From Lactobacillus mulieris (GTDB lineage: Bacteria > Bacillota > Bacilli > Lactobacillales > Lactobacillaceae), in NCBI GenBank assembly GCA_022756575.1, contig JALBSH010000002.1, positions 556 through 64,555 on the forward strand: a stretch of 64,000 nucleotides of DNA. Reading direction: 5' to 3'. A program made the position numbers and the translations under genes. The notes below the pieces were generated by a model. That model was given only the letters and a program-made list of their open reading frames with translations, made no database searches and had not been told where the DNA came from. How positions within the stretch are numbered: the stretch's first letter is position 1; the number at the start of each line of letters is the position of its first letter. Positions 9,096-19,647 of this stretch are shown here, one piece after another.

Positions 9096-9130
9096 AAAAA
9101 AACTACTATCATTATACATGATAGTAGTTT
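9096..9130 (-). terminator. Terminator of the amino acid permease gene
   Basis: AAACTACTATCAT-tatac-ATGATAGTAGTTT with an A-run (U-tract on the minus strand). Confidence 0.7.
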
Positions 9131-9144
9131 AAATAAGAACAATT

Positions 9145-10527
9145 TTACTGATTTTTGTTTAAAAGACTGTGTTTATAACCATATAAGAAATAGATAATTA
9201 TTCCCAAACTAAACCAGATTGTTGCCATAATATAAACATCAATATTAAGTTGGGTTAATAAATATAAACAAATTAATCCAGAAAGAATTGGTAAAACAGG
9301 GTATCCTGGCATTTGGTATCCATTATTTGGTAAATCTTTTCTTTTTCTAAGTGGTAAGATTCCAAATGAAACAAATGTAAATGCCAATAAGGTTCCAAAG
9401 TTTACTAGACTAGTTAATTGATCTACAGAAAATACTCCAGCCCCTAAGCTAATAATAATAGCTACTACCCATAAACTTATTTGTGGAGTTTTATTTTTTG
9501 TTGATAATTTAGCAAGTGATTGTGGTAAAAGACCATCACGTGCCATTGCATATACCAATCTAGAACTCGCATAAATCATAGTTAACATCATAGTTGCCAT
9601 ACCTACTAGCGCTCCAAATGAGAGGAGTTGGGCAATCCAGTCTTGATGTGCGAATTGTAAAGCGAAAGCCACGGGATTTGCTACATCAAGAGCTTTATAG
9701 TTAACCATTCCTGTAAGTACAATTGAAACTCCCATATAAAATAGGGTTGCAATTAATAAAGTACCAATAATGCCAAGGGGCATATTCTTTTGAGGATTTT
9801 TAACTTCCGCAGCAGAACTTGATACACAATCAAAACCTAGAAAGGCAAAGAATACAGTAGTTGCTCCTTTTATTACTCCAGAAAAATGATATGGAAGAAA
9901 TGGTTGATAATTAGCTGGCTTAATAAAGTTTGCACCAACTATTATAAATAAAACTATAATTGCAATTTTTAGAATAACAGCAAAATTATTAATTTTTACA
10001 GAATCCCGCATTCCACGAGACAATAAGAGTGTAATTAATAAAACAATCCCAATAGCAATTATGTCAATATAAGTTCCCTTGCTTGGATTAAAAGAACTTA
10101 CAAATGCAGCTGGTAATTTAATATTAAATGGTGCTAAGAATGATTGAAAATAGCTTGACCAACCGGCTGCAACCGCAGCAACGGCTAACATATATTCCAA
10201 AATTAAGGCCCAACCTAATATCCAGCCAATAATTTCACCATAAATAATATTTCCATATGAATATGCACTCCCAGCAACAGGCATAGTTGAACTAAATTCA
10301 GCATATGACATAGCACTAAGAACACATACTAATGCAGCAAGTAAAAATGACAGGGTCACACCTGGCCCAGCATAATTAGCAGCTACAGTTCCAGGTAGAA
10401 TAAAAATTCCAGTCCCGATAACTGCACCAACACCTAAAGAAATTAAATCTTTAGCAGTTAGCGTTTTACTAAATTTATGATCTTGGGCTAGGTATTTATT
10501 AATGCTTTCTTTTCTAAAAATATTCAT
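9145..10527 (-). CDS. APC family amino acid permease
   Basis: Motifs GAVIGTGIF, YAEF...P.AGSAY and FAFLGFD; about 12 hydrophobic segments. Confidence 0.95.
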   Translation of the reverse strand: MNIFRKESINKYLAQDHKFSKTLTAKDLISLGVGAVIGTGIFILPGTVAANYAGPGVTLSFLLAALVCVLSAMSYAEFSSTMPVAGSAYSYGNIIYGEIIGWILGWALILEYMLAVAAVAAGWSSYFQSFLAPFNIKLPAAFVSSFNPSKGTYIDIIAIGIVLLITLLLSRGMRDSVKINNFAVILKIAIIVLFIIVGANFIKPANYQPFLPYHFSGVIKGATTVFFAFLGFDCVSSSAAEVKNPQKNMPLGIIGTLLIATLFYMGVSIVLTGMVNYKALDVANPVAFALQFAHQDWIAQLLSFGALVGMATMMLTMIYASSRLVYAMARDGLLPQSLAKLSTKNKTPQISLWVVAIIISLGAGVFSVDQLTSLVNFGTLLAFTFVSFGILPLRKRKDLPNNGYQMPGYPVLPILSGLICLYLLTQLNIDVYIMATIWFSLGIIIYFLYGYKHSLLNKNQ

Positions 10528-10668
10528 TGATAAACCTCACCTCGTTAAAATTGAAAAAATTTATTTATATATTATAACGTTTAATATCTTTTTAAGCTAG
10601 TTTGAAAGGGTAAAAGCTCAAGCTATTTGCTATAATTTTGATTGTATTAGGGTAAAAGAGGTTACAAA

Positions 10669-11399
10669 ATGAAAAAAGAGTTTTTAAAAAAGGTGATTTT
10701 AAGAAAAATATTTTAATAAGTTCTGCAATTGCTGCAAGTTTATTAAGTGTTGGAAATACTGTACAAGCAGTTAAAGCAGAAAGCACCTCTCCTTCACAAA
10801 CTGATCAGCGGTCACAAGGTTATAGCTGGACTTTTAAGGGCTTAGGTGATACTAAATTTGCTACAATTGAAATTAATGGAAGTAATTTAAATGTGGTTGC
10901 AACTGGTGTAGCACCACACGTATATTGGTAATAAAGGTATTAAGTTCAATGAAAATTTTACTTTAAAAAAAGGTGATAAAATTGCAATTTACCACGCAGA
11001 ACCAACTAGATTAATCTCATCAATAAAATTTACAAGCACAAATCAAGTACTAGTGCAAGTAGTGGTAAAGCAAGTACAAGTGAAAGTAATTCCAGTTCAA
11101 GTAGTGAACTAATAGATAGTAGCTCGAATGTTAGGACAAGTCTTAACCCAACTGTAAAAAGTATAGAGAATAATTTCGCAGATAGACCTGTTAATAAAAA
11201 GCCAGTTACTTCTTTAGTTAATAATTCAAAACCACAATTAACCACTGAAAGTCTAAAATCTAACACAATAAATTCATCATCTTCTGATAATCAAAAGATT
11301 GAAAAGCGAGAGAACAAAACTGATGCAAATTCTGTTATGAATAAGGCACCTAAACATAAAAAAGAGTTAAAAAAGAAAAATAAAACAAAAAGTGTCTGA
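10669..11399 (+). pseudogene. Fragmented gene for a secreted protein with a putative mucin/carbohydrate-binding module and Ser/Lys-rich tail
   Basis: RBS AGAGG and ATG 10669. Fragments in shifting frames: signal peptide KKNILISSAIAASLLSVGNTVQAVKA, WTFKGLGDTKFATIEI...PHVYW*, LKKGDKIAIYHAEPTRL, then a Ser-rich/Lys-rich frame ending at TGA 11399. Confidence 0.7.
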
Positions 11400-11430
11400 C
11401 ACCTGAATGATTAAGTGGCAGACACTTTTT
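11387..11430. terminator. Bidirectional terminator
   Basis: AAAAAGTGTCTG...CAGACACTTTTT. Confidence 0.8.
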
Positions 11431-11435
11431 TATAA

Positions 11436-12047
11436 TTACTTCTTTATTCTCTTTTTATACCAATATACACAACCAATTCCAAAGCCAATGATTAATAAGC
11501 CAGCACATAAAATTGCATAATCATCAATTATTTGAACAACTATGTCCCACTTGGAACCAAAGTAAAAACCAAGAGAGGATAAGACTGTGTTCCAAATTAA
11601 TGATCCTAAAAAGGTAAGTCCAACGAACAACGGCAATTTAACTTGTGCAGTTCCAGCTGGAATTGAAATTAAACTTCTAATTATCGGTACAAATCGTCCA
11701 TAGAAAATAGCCCCTTTTCCATGCTTGTTAAACCAAGCTATTGTTTTACTGACATCATCTTCTTTAAAACCAAGCATTTTGATAAATTTATTATTTACTA
11801 ATTTCTTTAGTCTTACTTCAGTAAAAAGCGAGCCTGCATAATATAATATTAATGCGCCAAGAACGCTTCCAATTGTTGAAGCAAGAACTACTTCCCATAA
11901 TGACATCTTCGTATGTAATGTCAAAAATCCCCCAAAGGAAAGAATTACTTCAGAAGGGATTGGGGGAAAGACGTTTTCAAGTGCAATTAGAAATAATATT
12001 GCCCAAAAACCAAACTGATTGATTAAGCTGATCATCCATTCAGTCAT
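11436..12047 (-). CDS. DedA family membrane protein
   Basis: Motifs LENVFPPIPSE and GRFVPIIRSLISIPAG. Confidence 0.95.
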   Translation of the reverse strand: MTEWMISLINQFGFWAILFLIALENVFPPIPSEVILSFGGFLTLHTKMSLWEVVLASTIGSVLGALILYYAGSLFTEVRLKKLVNNKFIKMLGFKEDDVSKTIAWFNKHGKGAIFYGRFVPIIRSLISIPAGTAQVKLPLFVGLTFLGSLIWNTVLSSLGFYFGSKWDIVVQIIDDYAILCAGLLIIGFGIGCVYWYKKRIKK

Positions 12048-12164
12048 AAATATTCTCCTTTTCCTGTATCTTACTTTTAATTATAGGGAAGTAAAACATA
12101 AAAAGCCATTTAAAAGCAGTTTCATGCTAGACTAGAAAAGTAGAATATAAAGGGAGTGAATTTT

Positions 12165-13967
12165 TTGGCTAATCAACTTATTGAAAATAAATTGAAGTTA
12201 TTACCTGAACAACCAGGCTGTTACTTAATGAAAAATATCAATGGTACTGTTATTTATGTTGGTAAGTCTAAAAATTTAAAAAATCGGGTTCGTTCATATT
12301 TTAAAAGTAAGCAAGTTGGCCGAAGAGCTGAGTTAGTTAAAGAAATTGCTGATTTTGATATTATTACAGTGACATCTGATAAAGAATCTTTTTTGCTTGA
12401 AATAACGCTGATAAAAAAATATCAACCTTATTATAATGTTCAATTAAAGCAAGGTACTGGCTATCCTTACATTGAAATAACTAATGAAAAAGATCCTCAA
12501 ACACGCTTAACTTCAATTGTTCATAAAGATAATGGTTATTATTTTGGACCTTATCCAAATGTTTATGCCGCCCAAGCAACATTGCGTTTTATTCAAAAGG
12601 TTTGGCCATTAAGACGTTGCAATGGTCATCAAGGCAGACCTTGCTTGTATTATCATATGGGACAGTGTTTAGGTGCATGTTTTCAAGAGGTCCCGCGTAG
12701 TAAATATGAAGCACAAATAGCAAAAATAAAGCGCTTTTTAAATGGTGATATCACTCAGGTGAAGCAAAAGTTAACAGAAAAGATGCAAATTGCAAGTGGT
12801 AATTTAGAATTTGAACGAGCTGCTGAAATAAGAGATCAATTAAGATATATTGAACAAACTGTTGAAAAACAAAAGATTATTTCTAACGATCATACTCAAC
12901 GTGATATCTTCAATTTTTATGTAGATAAAAGTTGGATTTCTGTTCAAATATTCTTTTTGAGACAAGCTAAGCTTTTGCGGCGAGAAACTAAAATGTTCCC
13001 TTTGATGGACTTATCAGATCCTAAAGATGAATTTATGTCTTTTATTGTTCAATTTTATAATCAAAAGAATCGAATTTTACCTAGAGAAGTTCTTGTTCCT
13101 GAAGATTTAGATAATGGTAATTTAAGTGAAGTCCTTGGTGTAAAGGTTCGGACTCCACAGCGCGGAACAAAACGTGATTTACTTAAAATGGCTAAAGATA
13201 ATGCTAAACTTAAATTAGATGAAAAGTTCCGGCTTCTTGAGTTGGGAAATCGTAAAACCAAAGGAGCTCAAGCAGAAATTTTTAAAGCTTTGGGTCTGCC
13301 ATATGGTCATATCATAGAGAGTTTTGACCATTCCCATATTCAAGGGACAGATCCAGTTTCAGCTTGTGTAGTTTTTAAAGATGGAGAACCTTTCAAGACT
13401 GCTTATCGTAAATATAAATTAAAAGGTGAAGTCGAGCATCAAAATGGTGCAGATGAAGTTGGAAATACACGTGAAGTCGTAAGACGTCGATATAGTAGAA
13501 TGTTAAAAGAACATTCTCGCCTGCCAGATTTAATTTTAATGGATGGTGGTCAGATACAGGTAGATGCTTGTCTAGACGTTTTGCGCAATGAACTGAATTG
13601 TGATATTCCTGTTGCTGGTATGGTTAAGGATAATCATCACCATACCAATCATTTGATTTTTGGTGATCCAATTAATGGTAAACCTTTAGAACTTATCCCG
13701 ATGGATCCTAAATCAGAAGGGTTTTATCTAATGACAAGAATCCAAGATGAAGTTCATAGGTTTGCAATTACTTTTCATAGACAAACACATGCCAAGAATT
13801 CACTTGCAAGTAAATTAGATGGAATTAAAGGAATAGGACCTAAAAGTCGTAATAAACTACTTAAGAAATTTGGCTCATTGAAAAAAATTAAGGATGCGTC
13901 TGTTGAGGAGTTACAAGATGCAGGCTTAACTTTGCCACAGGCTCAATCTGTAAAGTTAACTTTATAG
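12165..13967 (+). CDS. uvrC: Excinuclease ABC subunit C
   Basis: GIY-YIG motif (PGCY...IYVGK..NL..RV.SYF), RIQDEVHRFAITFH and an HhH tail. TTG 12165 is better spaced from AGGGAG than GTG 12156. Confidence 0.97.
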   Translation: MANQLIENKLKLLPEQPGCYLMKNINGTVIYVGKSKNLKNRVRSYFKSKQVGRRAELVKEIADFDIITVTSDKESFLLEITLIKKYQPYYNVQLKQGTGYPYIEITNEKDPQTRLTSIVHKDNGYYFGPYPNVYAAQATLRFIQKVWPLRRCNGHQGRPCLYYHMGQCLGACFQEVPRSKYEAQIAKIKRFLNGDITQVKQKLTEKMQIASGNLEFERAAEIRDQLRYIEQTVEKQKIISNDHTQRDIFNFYVDKSWISVQIFFLRQAKLLRRETKMFPLMDLSDPKDEFMSFIVQFYNQKNRILPREVLVPEDLDNGNLSEVLGVKVRTPQRGTKRDLLKMAKDNAKLKLDEKFRLLELGNRKTKGAQAEIFKALGLPYGHIIESFDHSHIQGTDPVSACVVFKDGEPFKTAYRKYKLKGEVEHQNGADEVGNTREVVRRRYSRMLKEHSRLPDLILMDGGQIQVDACLDVLRNELNCDIPVAGMVKDNHHHTNHLIFGDPINGKPLELIPMDPKSEGFYLMTRIQDEVHRFAITFHRQTHAKNSLASKLDGIKGIGPKSRNKLLKKFGSLKKIKDASVEELQDAGLTLPQAQSVKLTL

Positions 13968-14050
13968 TTTTTTTGAAGATTTTATTTAATTTACTTTGTC
14001 AATATGGTATGTTTAATTAGTTGAAATTCATTTTAGAAAGAAGGGAAATT

Positions 14051-15349
14051 ATGCCAACTTTTGTTGATCAAACTAAAATTGAAGTCCAAGCTGGTAAAGG
14101 TGGCGATGGTATGGTCGCTTTTCGTCATGAAAAATATGTTCCTAATGGTGGACCAGCTGGTGGTGATGGTGGCCGAGGCGGTAGCATAATTTTTGTTGCT
14201 GATAGTGGACTTAGAACCTTAATGGATTTTCGTTATCGTAGAAAGTTTAAAGCTGATAATGGTGAAAATGGTCGAATTAAGTCACAATATGGTCGAGGAG
14301 CTAAAGACTTATACTTAAAAGTTCCAGTTGGTACGGTTGTGAGTGATTTCTTTACTGGTGAAATCATTGGCGATATGACCAAAAAAGGTCAGGAATTAGT
14401 GGTTGCTAAGGGTGGTCGAGGTGGCCGTGGAAATATTCACTTTGCAACTAGCGTTAATACTGCACCTGAAATTGCAGAAAATGGTGAACCGGGCGAATTT
14501 AGAACTCTAAAACTTGAGCTTAAAGTTTTAGCTGATGTTGGTTTAGTTGGCTTTCCATCTGTTGGTAAGTCAACACTTCTTTCAGTTGTTACCAAGGCAA
14601 AACCAAAAATTGCGGCTTATGAATTTACAACTTTAACACCAAATTTAGGAATGGTTGTTTTAAATGATGGTCGAGATTTTTCAATGGCCGATCTTCCAGG
14701 TTTAATTGAAGGAGCCAGTCAAGGTGTCGGCTTAGGAATTCAGTTCTTGCGTCATGTTGAAAGAACTAAGGTTATTTTACATTTAGTTTCTATGGACCCT
14801 AATAATGGTCGAGATGCAGTTGAAGATTATAAGATTATTCGTAAAGAACTAAGTAATTATACTGCTGATTTAACTAAAAAACGTGAGATTATTGTAGCTT
14901 CACAGATGGATATTCCAGGTAGTGAAGAGAAATTTACAGAGTTTAAACAAGGATTAGAAAAGCTAGGAATTGAAGAGCCAATTTTTAAAATCTCTAGTGT
15001 AACTCATCAAGGACTTGAACTTTTAATGAATAAGGCCGCAGATTTAGTGGCTGAAGTTGAAGCTAGTCAAGAAGTGGAAGAAGTAACTACTGAAGAAAAG
15101 AACTACAAATTTAAGCCTGAAGTTGATGAAAGCTTTAAGGTTGAATGTGTTGGTGAACATGAATTTATTGTTACTGGTGCAAAAATTGAACGTTTGGTTC
15201 AAAGAACTAATATTGAACACCAAGATGGTATTATGCTTTTAGCAAGAAAACTGAAAAATATGGGTGTTGATGATGCACTTAGAGCCAAAGGAGCTGTCGA
15301 TGGAGATGATGTAACAATTGGCGACATTTCCTTTGAATTTGTCCAATAA
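14051..15349 (+). CDS. obgE: GTPase Obg/CgtA
   Basis: Gly-rich Obg fold, plus [14 protein letters not shown] and DLPGLIEGA. Confidence 0.98.
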   Translation: MPTFVDQTKIEVQAGKGGDGMVAFRHEKYVPNGGPAGGDGGRGGSIIFVADSGLRTLMDFRYRRKFKADNGENGRIKSQYGRGAKDLYLKVPVGTVVSDFFTGEIIGDMTKKGQELVVAKGGRGGRGNIHFATSVNTAPEIAENGEPGEFRTLKLELKVLADVGLVGFPSVGKSTLLSVVTKAKPKIAAYEFTTLTPNLGMVVLNDGRDFSMADLPGLIEGASQGVGLGIQFLRHVERTKVILHLVSMDPNNGRDAVEDYKIIRKELSNYTADLTKKREIIVASQMDIPGSEEKFTEFKQGLEKLGIEEPIFKISSVTHQGLELLMNKAADLVAEVEASQEVEEVTTEEKNYKFKPEVDESFKVECVGEHEFIVTGAKIERLVQRTNIEHQDGIMLLARKLKNMGVDDALRAKGAVDGDDVTIGDISFEFVQ

Positions 15350-15367
15350 AAAGGGAGATTGGAAAGG

Positions 15368-17284
15368 ATGCAGCGAAAAAATCGCTTTATAAAGGGGTAT
15401 TCAGGCCTTCGGGCAATAGCAGTTATTGGAGTTATTTTATATCATTTTGATCCTAATACTTTTATTGGTGGGTATCTTGGTGTGCCGATTTTTTTCGTAT
15501 TATCCGGATATTTAGTAACTGACCACATATTAGCTAGTTATGAAAAAACAGGTTATTACGATAATAAACGTTTTTATTTATCAAGATTAAAAAGGCTTTA
15601 TCCGCAGCTGATTACATTATTATGGGCAAGTGGTGCTTATATATTAATGTTTCAACAACAAACTCTTGCCAAGTTTAATCAGATTGTTATAACCAATTTG
15701 CTTAATATTTATAATTTTTGGCAAATAGTTAATGGACAGAGCTATTTTGAACGTTTTGCCGGGAATGTATCACCATTTACTCATCTTTGGACCATGTCAA
15801 TTGAAGGGCAATTTTATATATTTTGGCCACTAATAATGATGGCCTTGATTAAGTTTTGCAAGACAAGATATCGTGCTTTTTGGATTATTATAGGTTTTAG
15901 TATCTTGTCTGCTTTAGAGATGGCGATTTTATATCAGCCAAATGTTGATACTAGCAGAATTTATTATGGGACAGATACTAGATTCTTTGCGTTAGGATTA
16001 GGTGCTGCTTTAGCATTTGTTTGGCCAATTAGACATCTTAATCCCAAAATTAATAGAAGTGATTGGATATTTCTTGATATTACTGGTGCAGTTTCTTTGC
16101 TTGGAATGCTTTGGTTATTTTTATCAAGAATTATGGATCCACAGGCTACTTTTGCCTATCGTGGTGGAATGTTTTTATTTAGCTTGTTTACTACAATTTT
16201 AGTCGCAATAATAGCTCACCCAGCCAGTCATTGGAATCAAATTTTTACAAATCGAATTTTTGATTGGATAGGTAGTAGAAGCTATGGAATATATTTGTAC
16301 CAATTCCCAGTTATGGTCTTTTTTGAAGCTAAGTTTACCGATATGGCAAATCATGCCGTTTTATATCGGCTAATTGAGCTTGCTATTATTTTAGGCTTGG
16401 CTGAATTGACGTATCGCTTTATTGAAAAGCCATTTTCTAAAATTAGTTTTAAGAGCATTCGGATATTTATTACTCATTTAAAGGACTCAGAAAAAAATGC
16501 TCATTTAAGAATTGCTAGTGGAATATCAACTTTAATTTTAGCGTTAGGAACAATTGCCTTAATAAAATCCCCAGCTGTTAAAGTGGTAAATGCAAATAAA
16601 TCACAGCTTGCTGAAAGAATTGAGAGAAACAAGGCTAATCAAGAAAAGTCAAATAAACAGTTAATTGACAAATTTAAAAGTACCAAGAAAAAAGAAAGTA
16701 AATCTAAAGTTTACGTAGAAGCAGAACAGGCTGCTAAGGATAAACCAGTTAATAAGGAATTTGAAAAATATGGAATCAATCAGGTTGAGTTACAATTAGC
16801 ACAAAAAGTTCATGTAACGGCAATTGGGGATTCAGTGATGGCTGGTTCTAGTGATATGCTTAAGCAATTAATGCCGAATGCTTTAATTGATGCTGCTGTT
16901 TCAAGGCAGTTAGTACCAACTATTGGCTTATTTGATCAATATAAAGGCCAAGGCGCTTTGGCTGAAAATGTTTTAATAGGTTTAGGAACTAATGGACCTT
17001 TTTCTATGAATGATGTTGATCATTTGATGAAAATTATTGGCCCTAAAAGGCAAGCTTTTTGGATAAGTATTCATGTTCCAAGCAGGCAATGGCAAGGACC
17101 AGTAAATGATTTGATTGCAAAAGCTAGTGCAAAGTATAAGAATCTATCAGTAATTGACTGGTATAGTTATAGCAAGAACCACAATGATTGGTTTTATGGT
17201 GATCAAACACATCCAAATATTGAAGGATCAAAGTATTATAGTAGCTATATTACAAATGAAATATTGAAAAAAGCAAAGTTTTAG
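15368..17284 (+). CDS. oatA: Acyltransferase-3/SGNH protein, peptidoglycan O-acetyltransferase OatA-like
   Basis: Motifs GLRAIAV, FFVLSGY and HLWTMSIEGQFY. C-terminal SGNH domain with GDSV, GTNG and DQTH. Confidence 0.85.
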   Translation: MQRKNRFIKGYSGLRAIAVIGVILYHFDPNTFIGGYLGVPIFFVLSGYLVTDHILASYEKTGYYDNKRFYLSRLKRLYPQLITLLWASGAYILMFQQQTLAKFNQIVITNLLNIYNFWQIVNGQSYFERFAGNVSPFTHLWTMSIEGQFYIFWPLIMMALIKFCKTRYRAFWIIIGFSILSALEMAILYQPNVDTSRIYYGTDTRFFALGLGAALAFVWPIRHLNPKINRSDWIFLDITGAVSLLGMLWLFLSRIMDPQATFAYRGGMFLFSLFTTILVAIIAHPASHWNQIFTNRIFDWIGSRSYGIYLYQFPVMVFFEAKFTDMANHAVLYRLIELAIILGLAELTYRFIEKPFSKISFKSIRIFITHLKDSEKNAHLRIASGISTLILALGTIALIKSPAVKVVNANKSQLAERIERNKANQEKSNKQLIDKFKSTKKKESKSKVYVEAEQAAKDKPVNKEFEKYGINQVELQLAQKVHVTAIGDSVMAGSSDMLKQLMPNALIDAAVSRQLVPTIGLFDQYKGQGALAENVLIGLGTNGPFSMNDVDHLMKIIGPKRQAFWISIHVPSRQWQGPVNDLIAKASAKYKNLSVIDWYSYSKNHNDWFYGDQTHPNIEGSKYYSSYITNEILKKAKF

Positions 17285-17299
17285 ATAGGGGAATGATTA

Positions 17300-18229
17300 A
17301 TGGAAATTCAATTTTTAGGAACTGGAGCTGGGCAGCCATCCAAGCAGCGAAATGTTTCTAGTCTAGCTTTAAAGTTGCTTGACGAGCTGAATGAGATTTG
17401 GCTGTTTGATGTCGGAGAAGCAACTCAACATCAAATTTTACGTACCAATATCCGTCCAAGAAAAATTACTAAAATTTTTATTTCCCACAATCATGGCGAC
17501 CATATTTTTGGTTTACCAGGTTTGCTGTCAACTCGTTCTTTTCAAGGAGATGTAGGACCTTTAACTATTTATGGACCAGCGGGGCTTGAACAATTTGTTA
17601 CAACAGCATTACGTATATCTAAAACTAAAGTTAGCTATCCAATTCATTTTGTTGAATTGAAAGATGATCAAAAAATTTTTGAAAATGCAGAATTTTCCGT
17701 ATATTGCAAAAAACTAGATCATCGTGTTGCAAGTTTTGGCTTTCGTGTAGTAGAAAAATCGCATCCTGGTGTATTATTAATGGATAAACTAGCTCCATAT
17801 CATCTACCTAATGGGCCAATTTTAGGTCAATTAAAAGCTGGAAAAGTGGTAGAGTTAGAAGATGGAAGGGTTCTAAATGGTAAAGACTTTTTGGGACCTG
17901 AAAAAAAGGGTAGAATTGTTACAATTATTTATGATACTCGGATTACGCCTTCAATTGCTGAATTAGCCCAAGATGCAGATGTTTTAGTTCATGAATCAAC
18001 TTTTGCTGGACCTGAAGGTAAAATGGCTAAAGCATATTATCATTCAACAGCTACTCAAGCAGCTGAAATTGCTAAGAAGGCAAATGTAAAGCGCTTATTT
18101 TTAACTCATGTGTCAGCTCGTTACTTAGGGTCAAAAGCACATATTTTGGAAAAACAAGCGCAAAAAGTATTCCCTAATACAGTATTAGTAAATGATTTAG
18201 ATGTTTTTGATATTCCAATGAGAGGATAA
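17300..18229 (+). CDS. rnz: Ribonuclease Z
   Basis: Motifs [23 protein letters not shown] and HST. Confidence 0.97.
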   Translation: MEIQFLGTGAGQPSKQRNVSSLALKLLDELNEIWLFDVGEATQHQILRTNIRPRKITKIFISHNHGDHIFGLPGLLSTRSFQGDVGPLTIYGPAGLEQFVTTALRISKTKVSYPIHFVELKDDQKIFENAEFSVYCKKLDHRVASFGFRVVEKSHPGVLLMDKLAPYHLPNGPILGQLKAGKVVELEDGRVLNGKDFLGPEKKGRIVTIIYDTRITPSIAELAQDADVLVHESTFAGPEGKMAKAYYHSTATQAAEIAKKANVKRLFLTHVSARYLGSKAHILEKQAQKVFPNTVLVNDLDVFDIPMRG

Positions 18230-18232
18230 ATC

Positions 18233-19027
18233 ATGAATAATTCATTACGCAATAAAGTTGTTGTTATTACTGGTGCATCAAGCGGATTGGGACGTTCAAT
18301 TGCTTTGCAATCTGCAGAAAGAGGTGCCAATTTAATTTTAATTGCTCGTCGTGAAGAAAAATTATTGGAAGTAGCGGCTGAAGCCAAAGAATTATCAGGA
18401 GCTGAAGTTTGGGTTTATCCAACTGATATGGGAAAAGCCAATCAAATTGAAGATACTTTCAAAAAAATTATCGTGGCCGTTAAGCAGATTGATTTCTTAG
18501 TTAATGCAGCAGGCTTTGGTGATTTTGATGATTTCTTTGATCAAAATCCGCAACTTATAACTAATATGTTCCAGGTTAATGTCTTGGGTTTAATTTACTT
18601 CACTAGATTAATTGCGAGAGTGATGATTGATCAAAAATCAGGTCAAGTAATCAATTTGGGCTCGATGGCTGGAAAAATACCAACAACTAAGTCTGCAGTG
18701 TATAGTGCTACAAAAGCTGCAGTTATTCAGTTTTCAAATGTTTTACGCTTAGAACTTAAACCATTTGGTGTAAAAGTAATGACGGTAAATCCAGGTCCTG
18801 TTTATACTAATTTCTTTAACAGAGCAGATCATACTGGCGATTATGTCCACAACGTTCAATCTTTCATGTTAGATCCTGATGATGTTGCTTGGCAAGTTGT
18901 ACATTATTTTGGTAGTGATAAGCGTGAGCTCAATCTACCATTATCATTAGCAGCGATGGCTAAACTTTATAACTTATTCCCATCTGCTGGTGATTATTTA
19001 TCAATGATTTTTGGATCTAGAAAGTAA
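18233..19027 (+). CDS. Short-chain dehydrogenase/reductase (YqjQ-like)
   Basis: Motifs TGASSGLG, NAAG and YSATK. Confidence 0.93.
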   Translation: MNNSLRNKVVVITGASSGLGRSIALQSAERGANLILIARREEKLLEVAAEAKELSGAEVWVYPTDMGKANQIEDTFKKIIVAVKQIDFLVNAAGFGDFDDFFDQNPQLITNMFQVNVLGLIYFTRLIARVMIDQKSGQVINLGSMAGKIPTTKSAVYSATKAAVIQFSNVLRLELKPFGVKVMTVNPGPVYTNFFNRADHTGDYVHNVQSFMLDPDDVAWQVVHYFGSDKRELNLPLSLAAMAKLYNLFPSAGDYLSMIFGSRK

Positions 19028-19287
19028 TGGATATGAATAAACAAAAGAATTTAGTTATTGGATTAGCAGTAAGTTTATTATTAATAATCTTTGTTTTATT
19101 AAATACGGAACCAGTTACAATTAATTTTTTGGTAGTTAAACCTAAACTGCCGTTAATTGTAGTCTTGGTTATTATGGCTTTTTTAGGGGCATTAGTATCA
19201 TGGCTAATGGGAGAAAAGAGTCAGAATGACCAAAAAGGATCATGGGGATTTTTTAAGAAAAAAAACGACAAGAAGATTAATGAATAA
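19027..19287 (+). CDS. LapA/DUF1049-like small membrane protein
   Basis: Two TM helices with the F...N...V.INF motif; usual position after the SDR gene. Confidence 0.75.
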   Translation: MDMNKQKNLVIGLAVSLLLIIFVLLNTEPVTINFLVVKPKLPLIVVLVIMAFLGALVSWLMGEKSQNDQKGSWGFFKKKNDKKINE

Positions 19288-19288
19288 C

Positions 19289-19317
19289 TTGATTTATCCA
19301 TTATCTAATAGTATTAT
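19289..19317 (+). promoter_or_regulatory. sigma-A promoter of rpmF
   Basis: TTGATT-N17-TATTAT. Confidence 0.7.
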
Positions 19318-19393
19318 GGAAATACGTGAGTAACGAAGTCTAATTCTTATTGGACTTTTTCAGTCTCAAACTACAAAAAAGGAGATTTAACGA

Positions 19394-19579
19394 ATGGCAG
19401 TTCCTGCAAGAAAAACTTCAAAACAAAAGAAACGTTCACGTCGTGGTCACATTAAGTTAACTGTACCTGCAATGCATTACGATGCAACTACAGGTGAATA
19501 CCGTTTAAGCCACCGTGTTTCACCAAACGGCTACTACAAGGGTCGTCAAGTTGTTAAAAAAGCTAACAACAACGACTAA
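19394..19579 (+). CDS. rpmF: 50S ribosomal protein L32 (Cys-free form)
   Basis: [19 protein letters not shown]...[14 protein letters not shown]. Confidence 0.98.
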   Translation: MAVPARKTSKQKKRSRRGHIKLTVPAMHYDATTGEYRLSHRVSPNGYYKGRQVVKKANNND

Positions 19580-19584
19580 TTAAT

Positions 19585-19614
19585 AGACACCTGATTTGCG
19601 GTGTCTTTTTTTTT
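19585..19614 (+). terminator. rpmF terminator
   Basis: AGACACC...GGTGTCT followed by a T-run. Confidence 0.85.
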
Positions 19615-19647
19615 ACAAAAAAACAAAGAGGAAAGTATTATTGAACA

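Noticed and set aside
10592..11266. Minus-strand ORFs of 64 and 78 aa
   Set aside because: Antisense shadows of the + strand pseudogene.
19394..19579. Cys-free L32 as a zinc-starvation paralog
   Set aside because: The Cys-free form at this locus is ordinary for lactobacilli, and I recognised no Zur box.
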